DNA from: Raillietiella orientalis
Lineage: Eukaryota
DNA length: 64,000 nucleotides
Direction: 5' to 3'
NCBI GenBank assembly: GCA_036172245.1
Contig: JAYWIR010000012.1
Location: 3,100,001 to 3,164,000 of the forward strand
The notes beneath the pieces are model-generated. The model saw nothing but the letters and a program-made list of their open reading frames with translations. It had not been told where the DNA came from and ran no database searches. The translations under genes and the position numbers were made by a program. Below are positions 11,124-23,544 of this stretch, one piece after another (the stretch's first letter is position 1; each line of letters opens with the position of its first letter).

Positions 11124-13252
11124 ATGTCACAGTTTCGTTCCAGGCTGCCATCTTTGAGGATGGAAAGTCTTGGGAGCATCCTTCGAGCACTCTTGTTCCT
11201 AACCCTCGTTCACTCCCAGAAGCTCGGTCGGCACCAGAAAACCTGGTCGGAAAATCCTACAAAATCCCAAACAGCCCCACGCAGACGGCACGGAGGGATG
11301 CCCCGAACTCGCCGATCGAGGCATCTCTTCCGCGAGAATTCGCTTCGAAAAGAGACCGAAAGAGCACGCACGAGAAACGGGTCCTCGAAGGGCAAGAGCG
11401 TCCGCAAGATTCGGTCAATCGGTTCATTCCTCTTACAGAATTCATGATATCATGAATTCTGAAGGGGAAGAAGGGCGTTCTCTCGTCTCCGAGAGCTTTC
11501 TCGTCCGCGCCGAGCCGCCACGAACCTCTCCATGGACACTCCGCACACCGGAAGCGGCTGCTGGAAGAAATCAATCCTTCGGGAGCGGATCTCGGAACGT
11601 TCGCGTCCGGCTTCGCAGCTGATGGAAGATGGCCTGGCTGATCATCTTCCCGCGTAGGACGTCCCGGATGCGACTTGGGCAGCATGCGGGCTGCCCTTCC
11701 GTTTGCCCGCAGGCGCTCGGGCAAACGGAATGGCCGTTGACGACGGTGAACCGGAGGCTGCAACTGCAAGCTCATACGTTACCTCGGCGACACGGGAGTC
11801 TCCGGTTGGGGAGCGCGTGCACTTGGGAAAACGTGGCATTCTCTTACTCGGAAGGCCAAGCGAACATAGGAGGACCACGCCCTGCGCCGGGCGACATCGT
11901 CTACCGAGCCACCTCCTGCGTGCCAGGGCTCACCTCAGATTCGACGACCGCCGTGTTGGGTGCGTGCTGACCAACTGGAGCTGCCTCTCGCGCCACTGGC
12001 GCCTGCAGGTAGCGGCGCGGATCGCCGCTTTCGCCCTTCCGTTCCTTCGAGCTCGACCTCACCACGATGCCGTGGTTCCCGAGGATCGTTTCGTTGGCGG
12101 AAGCGCTGACCCGTCCGATGCTCCGATGTGCCTCCCGGGGCTCTAGACGTCCGGACACCTCATCCCCGTTCCGACTTCGATCATCCGCCCATCACCCGAC
12201 GGCCCCTGTGAAGATGGCGAGTTGGCCAGTCAACCCGTTGCTGCTTCTTGTAACGTGCCTCTTGCTGCAGAGTTGCAGACTTTCCAAAGACGGTTCAGCG
12301 TCATGTCTATTCCAGGAAGAGGTTCTTCGAAAGCGTTTTCCATCGTTTTGAGGTTTCCAATTTTCCCAATGTTGTTCTCAGTGTCTGTTGAGCTTTGCTG
12401 GCTGTTCGGCACGCTTCTCAGTGGTCGCAGGTTTCCTTCTCGATGCGATAATGCTTTGGAAATGTCGCGTCTACCTTAATCTGGAGAAAGACGCTCACTA
12501 AAGCTGACGAATTGTCTAATGAGGACCCCTCGGATCTGTCTGTGGAGCGGTCTGTGTACTTAAATCCCCAGAGAAATAGTCCTCGGCCTAAGGTCGTCTC
12601 TTAAGTTGGACAGCCCGCTTTTTGTTCAACGGAGAGTGTCCGTTCGACTCATCCGCAATAGGTTTGTTCGCAAAGCACAGCTTAACAAATCCTCGATTGT
12701 CGACTGGGAATATCTACAATGCAGTAAGAAACTTTATTCACGGCTGGAAGAATAAACTTTTTAGATGGGACTGTAGGTGCGGAAGCTGTGCAGAGTGGAA
12801 TAAATCATTGCCAACCATTGCCCAAGAAACTTCCTGCATCAGTAGAAGACATGGAGCCCAAATCAGAAAAGAACTGCTCAAAAACCTTGGGAGCAAGTGG
12901 TGTTCAGCAGCAGCGTATACGTGCGGTCGATGAAACACTCCTGACCCGACTTGTGTTCCAGAACGAGAAGCGAGGGATCACATACACTCGAGGTCTTCTT
13001 CTCGCCTTTCGAAACTTGGCGACGAATATAAGGGTTCTAGGGTAGTGCAAGGAGATCCCATGCCGAGGATTGGTTGTGCACTTCCTCTCCCGAAAATCTC
13101 CTGCCGAAGTGCAGCAACGCACCGTGGGATGCTTGAGACCCAAAGAGCACGGAGGTGCTCAGCAAGTTGAAGAGCCCTAGGATCCAAGAGAAGGACCTCA
13201 AGAAAGAGATGCCGTCTCTCAACATTTAGTGTTCTCGATACACACCGGATGA
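11124..13252 (-). repeat. Right arm of 2129-bp near-perfect inverted repeat
   Basis: Reverse complement of 3447-5575; nearly identical mirrored ORFs in the track. Confidence 0.97.
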
Positions 13253-13299
13253 CGTTTATGATGACTTAGTCTTTTAAAGACCACAACCTTGTTCAGTGG

Positions 13300-15700
13300 A
13301 CCCGGTTTAAAGGACCACCTTATAGTGGAGGTAGTGGAATCCTCTTTCATCTCCACACACTGACACTGTCAGCTATCTTTTCACAACCAAAAGGTAAATT
13401 GGATTTTGCGACCTCGTCAGAAGAGATATGACCAAATCAAAATACGTTACCATAGAAGTACCATGACTCCGTTCTACAACGAGCTTTGCCATCTCGAATG
13501 ATGATTACGACTTTTATTAGTTGAGTTTTCACGGATTCCTAGAGTGTCTTCGTTTTTAGGTCACTCTGTTCTTTCAGTTGACATAGATATTTTGCTTTTA
13601 CTTTGGATTTCTTTTCTCTCCACAGTAGTTGGCTTTGTGTTCCTCTGGATGCTGGTATCGTTCTTCGGGAGTAAAGCCTCGTTCAAAAGCTTCGCGCTTT
13701 CACCAAGTGAAAGTTGAACTAATGGTGTGTTTGCCTTGTTGTGCAGCCTCATGTGTCTCATACCAATGTTGTTTTACCACTGGCTCGTTGAAGACATATG
13801 GACCAAGACACATGACTGTTTACTTTGTTTGAAACTCTTGCGGTTCCAGCTTCCTGGTGTTTGGTGCACGGATTTTTGATGGCATTGTTTTGTGAGGGCT
13901 TGTAGACCATACTGTCTAACCTTCGATGCTCTTTCTCCATTGTTTGTACGAAAGTACACAAGCCTTCTCTCCCAAGGAGGTCAGTGGGGATGGCCTGCAT
14001 TTGCCAGACACATTGCCCCCCCCTCCCTTCCTAGTTTCATTCCTTGTATTCTTGGAGACGTCCACATCAGCGTGCTGATCTCCGTGTTTCCATTCCGACA
14101 AGAGAGGGAGTGGATTTATTTTGAACACAGCCGACAAACGAAGAAACAAACGCCCAAAACAACCGACACATTAGCAGCATTGTTATGAGGATGCTGGGTG
14201 TCTGGGTTTTGTCTTTAGGCTCTGATCAGTAGGGGTTATAGGGCATTCCGCTCGGCTCTGGCCTTCCAAGATGAAGCGATACGTCCAGGCTGGAATTCTG
14301 CTGCAGTTCCTAATGTCGATCTCCCTATGAATGAATGTCCTCTCCCTTACAAGATGTCCGTAACAGGAGTTACTTTGCTTGTGTTTCTCATTTTTGCCCT
14401 TCGTTTGACGACGCTTGCGATGAAGAGGTCGATTGTTGACCTCACCATGGGATTGCATCGGAGAACGTTGCCGTTCCCTTCGAGCAATGCCTTCAGTATC
14501 TCCGGTTAGCTCGGTGTCTGCAGATCTGTCACCGCCTTGAGCGCTGTTCAGTCTTGGAGCAGCGTTGGGCAGCGGAACTTGCGGAGCTGTTCCACTGCCC
14601 AACGCTAGTTAGTCCCAGGTGACAAGCAAAGTTTGCCTTGGCTGTTGTCTGTCCACTGTTTAATTGTGGATCCACTCAGGCTTCCTCCGTGGTAAAACAT
14701 GAGGAGGTCGTCCTGAATGCCTGCTGTAAGGTCTCTTATCCAAACCGTCGTTTCTTTGGTGTCTTGCAAGTTCACGGAACGCATCCCAGAACTGTTGGAA
14801 GCCATGGCAACGACTTCATCTTTTCCTTCGCGGGAAACAAGTTCCCCGGGATTGTGCTGCTGCGCCATTTTGGGACACGCCGGCCTGTTCTGCTTTTCCA
14901 TACTTTGCGTGTCGCGTGGCTTAATCATGCCATGATTTCTCCACAGTATCGGAACAGTTGCAGCCTGTGGTTGCTGTCACTAGTAGTGAACCGTTCTCAT
15001 TCCCAAATGGTGTGCATCTGTACCTTTGGTATATTCGTGTCCTCGTCTCCCGTGGAAACAGGGAGGAAGCAAGGAATAGCCGAGGCCAGTTCGATTTTTT
15101 TGCTGCGAGGCAGTATTTTCAGTCGGTGAGCTCTCAATGGTATCTGCTCCCTCTTCCAGTTGGGGTCGATGTCCACCCACTGCTCTGGTTTGCCAGTTTG
15201 GACTGACCTGAGCTGCTCAAAGAATTCGAGTGGGCTCTGTGAGACCCAAACGGCTTCTTACCCTGGTCCTCGGGGATTCCGGGAGCTGTCGCGCATTCTT
15301 AGTGTGCACGGAGTGTTCCAATGATTTCACTCCGATCCCACCGTTATTTCTCGTGCGCGTCCATATCGTCGGGATCAGAATTTCCTCCCTCCGGCGCCTG
15401 TCAGCCCGCGTGTGCTACTTACATACTCCTTGTTGAGTTGGACTTCTCCTTCTGCAGAACGTGCGATACACGTGCGATGGGATACCTCGGAAACCCCATC
15501 TTCTGCAAAATGCTGGTTGGCGTTTCTCGATCAATGATGTAGATGGCTTTCACCATGCTGTAATGTTGGCAACCTCTTGTAATGCAAGCCGCAGCCAGTT
15601 TCATTGCCACTTTTGGTGCCTTCAGCTCGCCTAGGCAGACGGTGGCCTGAGAGCTCCTGGCGTGTCGGTCACCTTCCAGGGTACGGCTCACATTCGATGC
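13300..15700 (-). mobile_element. Heavily decayed non-LTR retrotransposon, RT plus possible RNase H
   Basis: KAIYIIDRE..SILQKMGFP (RT KAFD..L..MGFP-like), then MFYHGGS, SADTEL..EGIA and RIPAW..EGQSRAE in the order of the RNase H motifs (YTDGS, AEL.AI, W.PAH.G..GNE.AD). Many stops and frameshifts. Confidence 0.4.
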
Positions 15701-16889
15701 AACAGGATTTCGCTAATTCGGTTTTTTCTTTAAACTTGTCCATCAGTTAGTTTCAGCATTCAGAATCGAGATCGGTTCTGGTTAGTTTTTCTTTAGGAGC
15801 CAGTCTCATCCCACTTTCTTGGAATATTCCAGACAGCTTTCTTCTTCCTGTCGCACGGGAGGAATGACAGGCAAGAAGGAAGAGGTGGATCTCAGAAGCA
15901 GGAGATGCAAGACCCTTAGACAAAGACCTCACTCTCCAAGGCGTCAAACCCGACGGTGGCGAAATCGATCTGCGTGGAGGTGCTGTCGCTACAAGCGCTT
16001 CTACGAAACCCTTCCTGGTTTCCTGGAAAGGAACGGGACTTCCGGGAAAAACCGGAAGGGCATTCTTGGGCGCGTGACCGGGAGGAATAGGACGTCGTGC
16101 AACCTCTAGTTAAGGAGACGCCACCCAGGTGGTATTCCGCCGGTGGTTCCACAGGCTTCCCGTAGACGACGACGCTCCCACAATCCATGCCTGAGACCGC
16201 TTCTTGAGCTGGCCGCCACTCGGCACAGTGCAAGGAACTCAGAGACCGATGCAGCATCCGTAGATGCTGGAAGAAGTCGTCGTTCTTCTCGATCAGCAGA
16301 AAGACTTCCTTCCGAAGACTCCGCGGCTTCTGCCCCATGTGGGCGCCGTCGGAGACGACGCAGCCGGTCGACGTTTTTTCCACCCACTGCTTTCTTTTGG
16401 GTCCGAAAGAACTCCTTCAGCTCCTGGAACACTCTCCTGAGATCATGCACTAGCTGAACGCCGAACTCCTTCCATCGCCACCAGTCAGCTGCGCCTTCTC
16501 CGGCGCTGATCAGCGACCCTCACTCGTCCGGATTCGCGTCGAAGGACAAGTCGTAAGCTCCGGGAACACTCCCTCAGAGGTCACGGAGCTAATGGCCTGC
16601 CTCCGCTCGGAGGATGAAAAGGCGCAGACATGTTCTCCCCGGAGATCTTCATGCGGAGATGATGTTGGAGTTGTTGGTGCTTCTGAACTGCAGACTGTGC
16701 ATACGATTTCCTTTTCTCCGACGGAGGCGTCTTTGACGACCATCTCTGCTCGTCCTTCTTGCCTCAGAGACGGCATCCCTCAGATGAAGGCGAGCTTTCC
16801 CTGTAGGCATGAGGACGAACTCGTCCAGAAGTACTGTAAAAAGAAATCAGTTTTCCTCCTCTTCTCTCCTCTCTTACTTGTCTCTTCAG

Positions 16890-17870
16890 CTGACAAGTTT
16901 GACCAAGGATTGAAGGTGTTGCAGCAGCCTTCAGCTTCCTGAAGTGCTACTGGGGTCCGATCCCGGACAGCGTCAGGAGCTGAGAGGTGTTGATGATCCC
17001 TTCGGACAGCTACAATTTCCTTCCTGGAGTAGGTCCGCTGAGTCCTGCCATCGTTCTTGAATTTAACTCACTAAGCTCTTCGTTTGTCAGTGAAGGTAAC
17101 CTCGTGCACCAAGGAGCCCATGGCGATGTTTAAGTGCATCCTCCACGACGCCTGACTCAGGAACGCCTTCGAGGAAGAGCAGAGCTTCCCATCTCACTGA
17201 GTGGTCAGGAACAGAGTAAATCCCGTCTGGAACGCGCTGTTGACATCGAAAATGGGTGACCCATGGCCATTTCTCATTCTAAAAAGCCCAGGGTTAGAGG
17301 ACTTTACCTGGGATGGTCGATGCTTAGAGTGGAAGCGACCATTCCTGGCGACGTAGAGGTTGCGATTCTCTTCGGACTTGAAGTAGAGCAGTGGTTCCTC
17401 AAAAAACCATCCCACGTTGCCCTAGGACTGCTCTCGGCTGTTCCTCATGTAGAGCATGAAGTTGAGAATGCTGGAGTCCCCCTGAACCATGTCCCGGGTC
17501 CACGTGCAAGACTAGTTTCCCATCGCCAGGCACGCCGTCGGCTGGGACTGCGTCTGTTAGCTCCAGTCCACAATCCCCTTCCAGAAGTGGTTGGAGAAGG
17601 CCGCTATCGTCGGAGAAGGCGTTTTTTTTTCCCTCCGGGCCAGCCTTTAGCAGAAGGATGCGCGTTAGGGGGTCATCGGACAGCTCCGAGGCCACGACGG
17701 AGCCAGCCAACCTTCCTCCGACCCCGACGAAGTTGTACTCCAGAGTGACGCTCTCCATACGAAGCGCGGCATGGAGGACCGGACTCCCGAGAGGTATGCT
17801 CCGGGAGGAAGGGCCAAGAGAATCAGCAAGAACCAGAACTCCTTCCAAGGCCACAGAGTGGGAAGGATGG
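16890..17870 (-). pseudogene. GMC oxidoreductase (glucose dehydrogenase-like) pseudogene, N-terminal FAD-binding half
   Basis: EYNFVGVGGRLAGSVVASELSDDP..ILLLKAG; VDWS*QTQSQPTACLAM; GW.FEEPLLYFKSEEN; DVNSAFQTGF..TTQ*DGKLCSSSKAFL; LSEGIINTSQLLTLSGIGP. Colinear GMC motifs with several stops and frameshifts and no recognisable introns. Confidence 0.85.
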
Positions 17871-18089
17871 CTGAGTGCGCGTGAAGTACAGGAGCCGTGT
17901 GGGTGAGGAAACTGTTCCTCGTGTTGCGCTTCACTTTCTCCTAAAGATGATTCACTGAATTGCGCAGCTGGAAGGATGACCTAAATTATGGAGATGCATC
18001 ATCGAAGAATGTCGGAAGAATTCATCTGTTCAGTTTAGGAACGAGTGTCTGTGCATCAGGGATGCAGAAGAACTTCCCCGACAGATCTC

Positions 18090-18690
18090 ACCTTCAGCGA
18101 ATAGTGGTTGGAGCAAGGGATAGGGAGGAAGAGGCGGAAGCGATGACGTTCCAGTGACGGCAGGCAAGACCGGAAGCAAAGCAGAGACACCCAATCCGGC
18201 TGCCAGCCCAGCCCGTGAACTCGCTACTTCGCCTCGAGCTGCGAAGAAGCGCCGGAAGCGACCCGCCGTCGACCGTAAAGCGGACTGGAGATGACCCGAC
18301 CGACGGCTGGCCTGGCGGTTCTCCCTGGATTCGGCAACTGCGATAGTGTGTGGATGCGAGCAGCTCGATCTAGAATGTCATTTTGCCAAGCGGGAGGCAG
18401 GTGAAGTTAGGGAGGAGGAAGAGAAAAGGAGGAGGAGGAGGAGGAAGCAGGGGAATGAAGAGGGGGAAGGAGGAGGAAAAGGGAAGGAAGAGGAAGAGAA
18501 AGAGAGGAGGAGGAGGAGAGGAAAGGAGGAAGAAGATGAAGAAAGGAGGAGAGGAAGGGAGAAGGAAAGGCCGGAAGCGACCCCTCTTCGACCAAGCAGT
18601 GGACTAATGGTGACGAGACCGACGAAAAAAAGCAACCGATCCTCCCTGGATTGGGCAACGGCGATGGCGTGGGCAGAGTTGTCTTGGAAT
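18090..18690 (+). repeat. Unclassified repeat with internal ~130-bp duplication and purine tract; inverted relative at 20520-21030
   Basis: Unit gccggaagcgaccc..cgacc..ggact..ccgac..tccctggatt.ggcaac.gcgat at ~18251 and ~18570. ttctccctggattcggcaactgcgat..gagcagctcgatctaga..gcgggaggcag..gaagttagggagg is reverse-complemented at 20780-20880. Confidence 0.8.
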
Positions 18691-18754
18691 CACAGGGAAT
18701 CCAATCAACCGCATGTGAAGATTGGTGCAAAGAGAACGGACTAGGTAACTCCTG

Positions 18755-18880
18755 GACACCAGGTACACCTCCTTGTTGATTGGCTCCCTCGCTAGCGATT
18801 CCTGGGAGGGGGTCGTGGACTGGTGCTACTGGACGCAGCTCCGACCGACGTCGTGCCTGGCGACGGGATACCCGGTGACC
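18755..18880 (+). pseudogene. Short second GMC oxidoreductase fragment, inverted relative to 17520-17600
   Basis: WEGVVDWCYWTQLRPTSCLATG versus WKGIVDWS*QTQSQPTACLAMG. Confidence 0.65.
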
Positions 18881-19059
18881 GACTTTATTGCCTGCTGAAC
18901 CAGAACTGAGTATGTAACAACCAAATGTTGAAGAACCGTTCTTCTTCTTTGGGGGTAGGAGCAGAGAAGACACGAAGCTCTCTAACGCTGTTCAAGCCAT
19001 TCGATTGGGAGTGCAACTCTTTGAGTTATGGCAGGTGACCACGGAGAAGGCCACTCCAT

Positions 19060-19670
19060 GAATCCAAGACGGCTCCGGAAGGAGTCCATTCCTCTTACGC
19101 TTAGGAGGGAACTCCTAAAGAAACCTTCGCCTTGGTTGTCTCCAGAGAGAACTCCGAAGGGAACCGCTCCCTTATTCTCGCTCCAAAGGAAGCCACTCCT
19201 CGTGGCCTCGAAGCCTCTTTTCCGAAGGGAACTTAAGATGGATCCGTTCCTGAAATTCCTTCTCCAGAGGGAACGAGCACGGAAACCGCTCCTTGTTTCC
19301 TACTCTGAAGAGAACCCCGAAGGGATGGTTCCCAATTTCTCTGAAGATCTCTCCCCGAAGGGAGCTCTCTTACACGCTAGAAGGGAAATCTCCGATGGAG
19401 GATCCCCGATGGGAAGCGACATTGTGATTCCTGGAGGGATTCCCGAGGGTCAACTTTCGATTCCCGAACTGCCCACGGGGGCATCAAGTTCCCGGCCTCC
19501 ACCGGTACTACATCCGAAGCCCGTGGACCCTTCAGCGTCATCCCGCGAGAGGAAAAGGACTCGAAGCCCGTGACTCACCTCCCGTTCTCGGCGTCGGTCC
19601 GTCCCCAGGTGGGATTAGAACCCGCAACTCCTGGTACCGCGCGCAGAGACCTCAGCCACGTGACCGCCAA
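19060..19670 (-). mobile_element. tRNA-headed SINE-like repeat, copy A
   Basis: Minus strand ggtcacgtggctgaggtc..gcgggttctaatccc..gcttcgagtcc..ggatgacgctg..gttgaccctc..ccaggaatc. Body matches 49580-49830. Confidence 0.65.
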
Positions 19671-20519
19671 TGCGGACCGTGCTACTACTCCAACGAGTAA
19701 CAGCAAACGGACTTCTTGTGAGCTCGAAAGCACGGTCGGCAGAAGATGCCTTCAAGGAGGAAGCCGCCTTGGAACTTGAGTCTCCGTACTGACCCATGAG
19801 AAGGCATTTTCTTCGAAGAACTGCTTCCGGAGTGGTCACGCATCAGAAAGGACACGCAAGCATGCGCGCACGCGATTAACAAGAGCAGATACGGAATCCT
19901 GCCGCCACTATGCGTTGTGTGCAAGTAACGGAGAAGGACAAAGGCAGATTTGTATTTACGAGTGCAGCCATTTGCAAATATTTGCCTTTTTCAAAGCCAG
20001 CGCAAGCAGGCTTCATCCTTTCCACGGAAAGAGGATTGCCACACAAGCGGGATGGGATGGGGTATGACGATTGTGCTCTCTGTTGGCCAGACAGGGAAAA
20101 GGAAAAGAAGGGGGAGTGGATGTGCTTGTCGCGGAGGACCCCTTCACTTCGATTCGGGAGAGAAGGTGAGAACCGCTTGCGTTTCTTGGTCAACCCGAGA
20201 ACCCGTTGCCTGTCTGCGTCGGGCAACGCAGGGGGTTCCACTGCCTCCCTTTAAAAGTGCCCGTCATCCAGGCAGACTGTTCGGAGGGCAGGGCGTCTTC
20301 CCAACGGCCCGCTGCTACATCTATTCGAGGTTCCTATCGGTCCTTCGCTAATGACAAAGCCCTGTCCGGAAACTTCTTATCGTGCTCCCGCAATGCCCCA
20401 GACGGGAGATCGAACGCGAGACAAATGTTTTAAGGACTCGTTTGGGAAACGGTCATTAATATTCCTTGGCGTTCCGGCTTCCCACTTCGATGACACACAC
20501 CCCGCGCACCTTTGAAGAC

Positions 20520-21030
20520 TCATCTACCTCTCCAATCGCTCTCCTCCGCCTCCCCTCTTTCTCCTTTCCTTCCCTTCCTCCTTCTTTTCATTTTCTCTTC
20601 CTCCTCCCTTTCTCTTCTCCTCCTCCTTCTCCTCCCTTTCTTCTCTTCCTCCTCTTCCTCCCTCCATTCGCCTTCTCCCTTTCTCCTCCTTTTTTCTTTT
20701 TCTTCTTCCTCCCTTCCTCTTCCTCCTCCTTACCCCTCTTCATCCCCCCTGCTTCCTCCTCCTCCTCCTTTTTTCTTCCTCCTCCCTAACTTCATCTGCC
20801 TCCCGCTTGGCGAAATGACTTTCTAGATCGAGCTGCTCGCATCCACACACCATCGCAGTTGCCGAATCCAGGGAGAACCTCCAGGCCGGCTGTCGGTCTG
20901 GTCATCTCTAGTCCTCTGCTTGGTCGACGGGGGGTTGCTTCCGGCCTCGCCCGCCATCGCCGGAACCGCCGTCTCTCTTGCTTCTTCCTCCTTACTCCTT
21001 GCCCCCGACCACTACTCGCTGAAGATTGTC
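20520..21030 (-). repeat. Inverted relative of 18090-18570 repeat, including pyrimidine tract
   Basis: Direct reverse-complement similarity (see 18090-18690). Confidence 0.8.
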
Positions 21031-21039
21031 GAAAGACTC

Positions 21040-22250
21040 CTTCTTAAATAGGGTCCGGATGCCTGGTCCTTCTCACTGCTCTTCTCACTGCACTTCTAGA
21101 CGAGTCCGTCCTTCCGCCTCCAGGAAAAGTTTGCGAGACATGCTTTACTGGGAGAATGCCCGTCCTTGTGGCAGGAACGAGGAGCAGACGTGAGTTCAGC
21201 AGGTGAGGGACGCTCGTTCCTTGAAGAATAAGCGCTCACCAGCCGAAGACACCCCTCCCCGGCTCAAAAGAAAAAGAAACACGCACACCACCTTCGAGAT
21301 GGTTCTTTTGAGTGGCTCTCGCAACACGGCGTATCGGACACGCTCACACCCCTCTCCAGATTCCGATCTAGGGGTAAGGGCAGTCGCACAGGAACCGCTC
21401 TAGATCTGCTCTGCATTCTCCTCAAGCCGTCAGACTGAGAGAGTGAGGTGCTCGCCAGCCCCCAAAACCCTCTTCTACGACGGCATTTCCTGATGTCGTG
21501 ACGAACTTCCGTCTCCCGGGTTGCTCACCCTGGAGACGGAAAGATTCCAAGTTCGAGATTTCGCTTCAAGCGTCAGTTTGCTTCCTTCGGAATGGAACTT
21601 TTTCTCCTCCGGGACCTGAAGGCTCCCCAGCAAGCCGCCGGAAGTTCCGTGGGAAAACCGCATTTCGGTCCTACTCTCCCATGTGACTGGAAAAAAGAAT
21701 CGAGAACATTTGAAAGTCAGTGATTGCGACATCGCTGTCCTTCTGCCTCCCTGATTCTCACGTCCTGCAAAGTCAGTAACCCCTCCAGATCAGCCAGGTC
21801 GCCAAGTTAAGGCATTACCGTGGTAACTACGGATGTCAGCCGAGTTGAAATCCCGAGGACCTCTTCCAGCTTGGGATCGGCAATTTCCTCCCTAACTTCT
21901 CCATCTCCCCTCCTCTTGAAGCGGCTCTCCAAACTCGGAGACGCCCTTTTTATTTCCCTCTCCTTATGCGGTGTTTCTGGTGCCTTTTCCCCGGGATGGA
22001 CTTGTTGCTGGAGGTGCCGCCGTCTGCTTTGTGGAACTCTTGCAGCTCCGATGAGCTCCTCCTCCTTGGATGACCTTGGCCATCACAGTGACCGTGCAGG
22101 AGCTCACCTGAGGTTCCCTGACTATCGCTTCCGCACTGCTGTCGCCTGATGCTACCACCCACTCCAGCGAAGCGGCGTGGACTGGCCTGTCCAAGGTCTG
22201 TCCGTGCCGTGCCCGACACGGGCCCTCGGAAATCACGTTAATGCTAGTCC
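21040..22250 (-). mobile_element. Decayed L1/Tx1-type 5' region (ORF1 zinc-knuckle remnant + APE endonuclease)
   Basis: HCDGQGHPRR (knuckle-like), then W..MRFSHGTSGG, EGSKLTLE..LSVSRVSNP and NFSWRR resembling APE motifs. 21110-21180 is homologous to 51330-51400. Confidence 0.4.
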
Positions 22251-22514
22251 ATCCTATCCCGCATTTACTTGCTTACTTTTTGTCTCTCTCTACCATCTTC
22301 CTCCCCCCCTTTCCCAGTCCTGTCCCCTCTTTTGGTTGCGGGACGAAGCGCACAGGTCGTTCCCTCACTGTTCCAATTTGATTCATCCACTTGGGGTAAG
22401 GCCTCTGCAACGAAGGTAGCCATCCCCTGGCCCACAATAGCTGCCTGCGAAATCTCAGCTCATCACCAGGAGAAGGCGAGAAGTGCAGACAGATGAAGGG
22501 CCGAGTAGGGTTCT

Positions 22515-22900
22515 CACCACCTTCTTCTCCCTTCCGTGCTTCGAACTCGACCTCACGACGATGCTGTGATTCTCGAGGACCGTTTCGGCGGGAGAAGCGC
22601 TGACCCATACGATGTTCCTATGTGCCTTCTGGAGGCTCTAGACGTCCTAGTACCCCATTCTCTTTCCGCTTCTCTCGTATCTGCTTCTTGAGAGATCTCC
22701 AAGTTCCCCCCTCCTTTCCAATACCCCGATCATCTGTCCATCACCCGACGACCCATACGAAGATGGCAAGTGGACGAGTCGACCCGTTGCTGCTTCTTGT
22801 AGCGTGCCTCTTGCGCCGTGGTTGCAGGCCATCCCAAGGGTATGCATCGCGAGAGCCCTTCCATGGATAAGTCACGGAAGGCCATCAGTTGCTTCGGAGG
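22515..22900 (+). repeat. Older diverged homolog of part of the large IR arm (12020-12335)
   Basis: ctcgacctcac.acgatgc..gaagcgctgaccc..ggctctagacgtcc..gaagatggc..acccgttgctgcttcttgta.cgtgcctcttgc shared. Confidence 0.85.
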
Positions 22901-23544
22901 AGGAGATCGAACCACCACCAGGAAGAAACGGGGACGGAGACTCCCCTCCCCGTTTCTCCGTGGTGGTGGTTCGATCTCAGGAGTGTCGGGCGCGCACGCT
23001 GCTTGTCAAGCGCTCCCACGCCTGTCGCTCAAGAGAGCGGCGCCACCCCTGACGCGCGACACGCGCGCGCAGGCTGAGGAAGTGATCAGGTGGAGCTGGT
23101 GTGGGTCTACCAGGAATGCGCTCTCGCCATCGAGAGGAGGGCGGAAGGAAAGGGGAGCGATTGGCCACCGGCGTGATGATGCCTGGAGCCGGTTCGAGAC
23201 TTGGACAGTCGCACCTGGGGGTCGACGACAGGACGTCCGCCGTGAGAAAGGAACCCGTGACTCTGCCATCGGAGGCGCACCGCGGGATTGCCGATGGAGG
23301 GGCGGCGAGCACCGGGAACCGATTCTTCTACTCGCCAGCAGAGGAGTCCAGGCTTCGGCGCGAGCGGCGGCGGCAAGCGTCCTGCTTTCTGGACACCCGA
23401 AGAAGGACGGGATGCTCGGGGTTCCCGGCGCTCAAGCGAAGCCTCAAGCGAAGCATCGAATGTTGGTCGATGCTCCGGCTCCAGGCAGGTCGCGTGGGCG
23501 TTCGGGCCTGCCAGCACCGGGATGAACGGCGTCCGCGGAACCAC

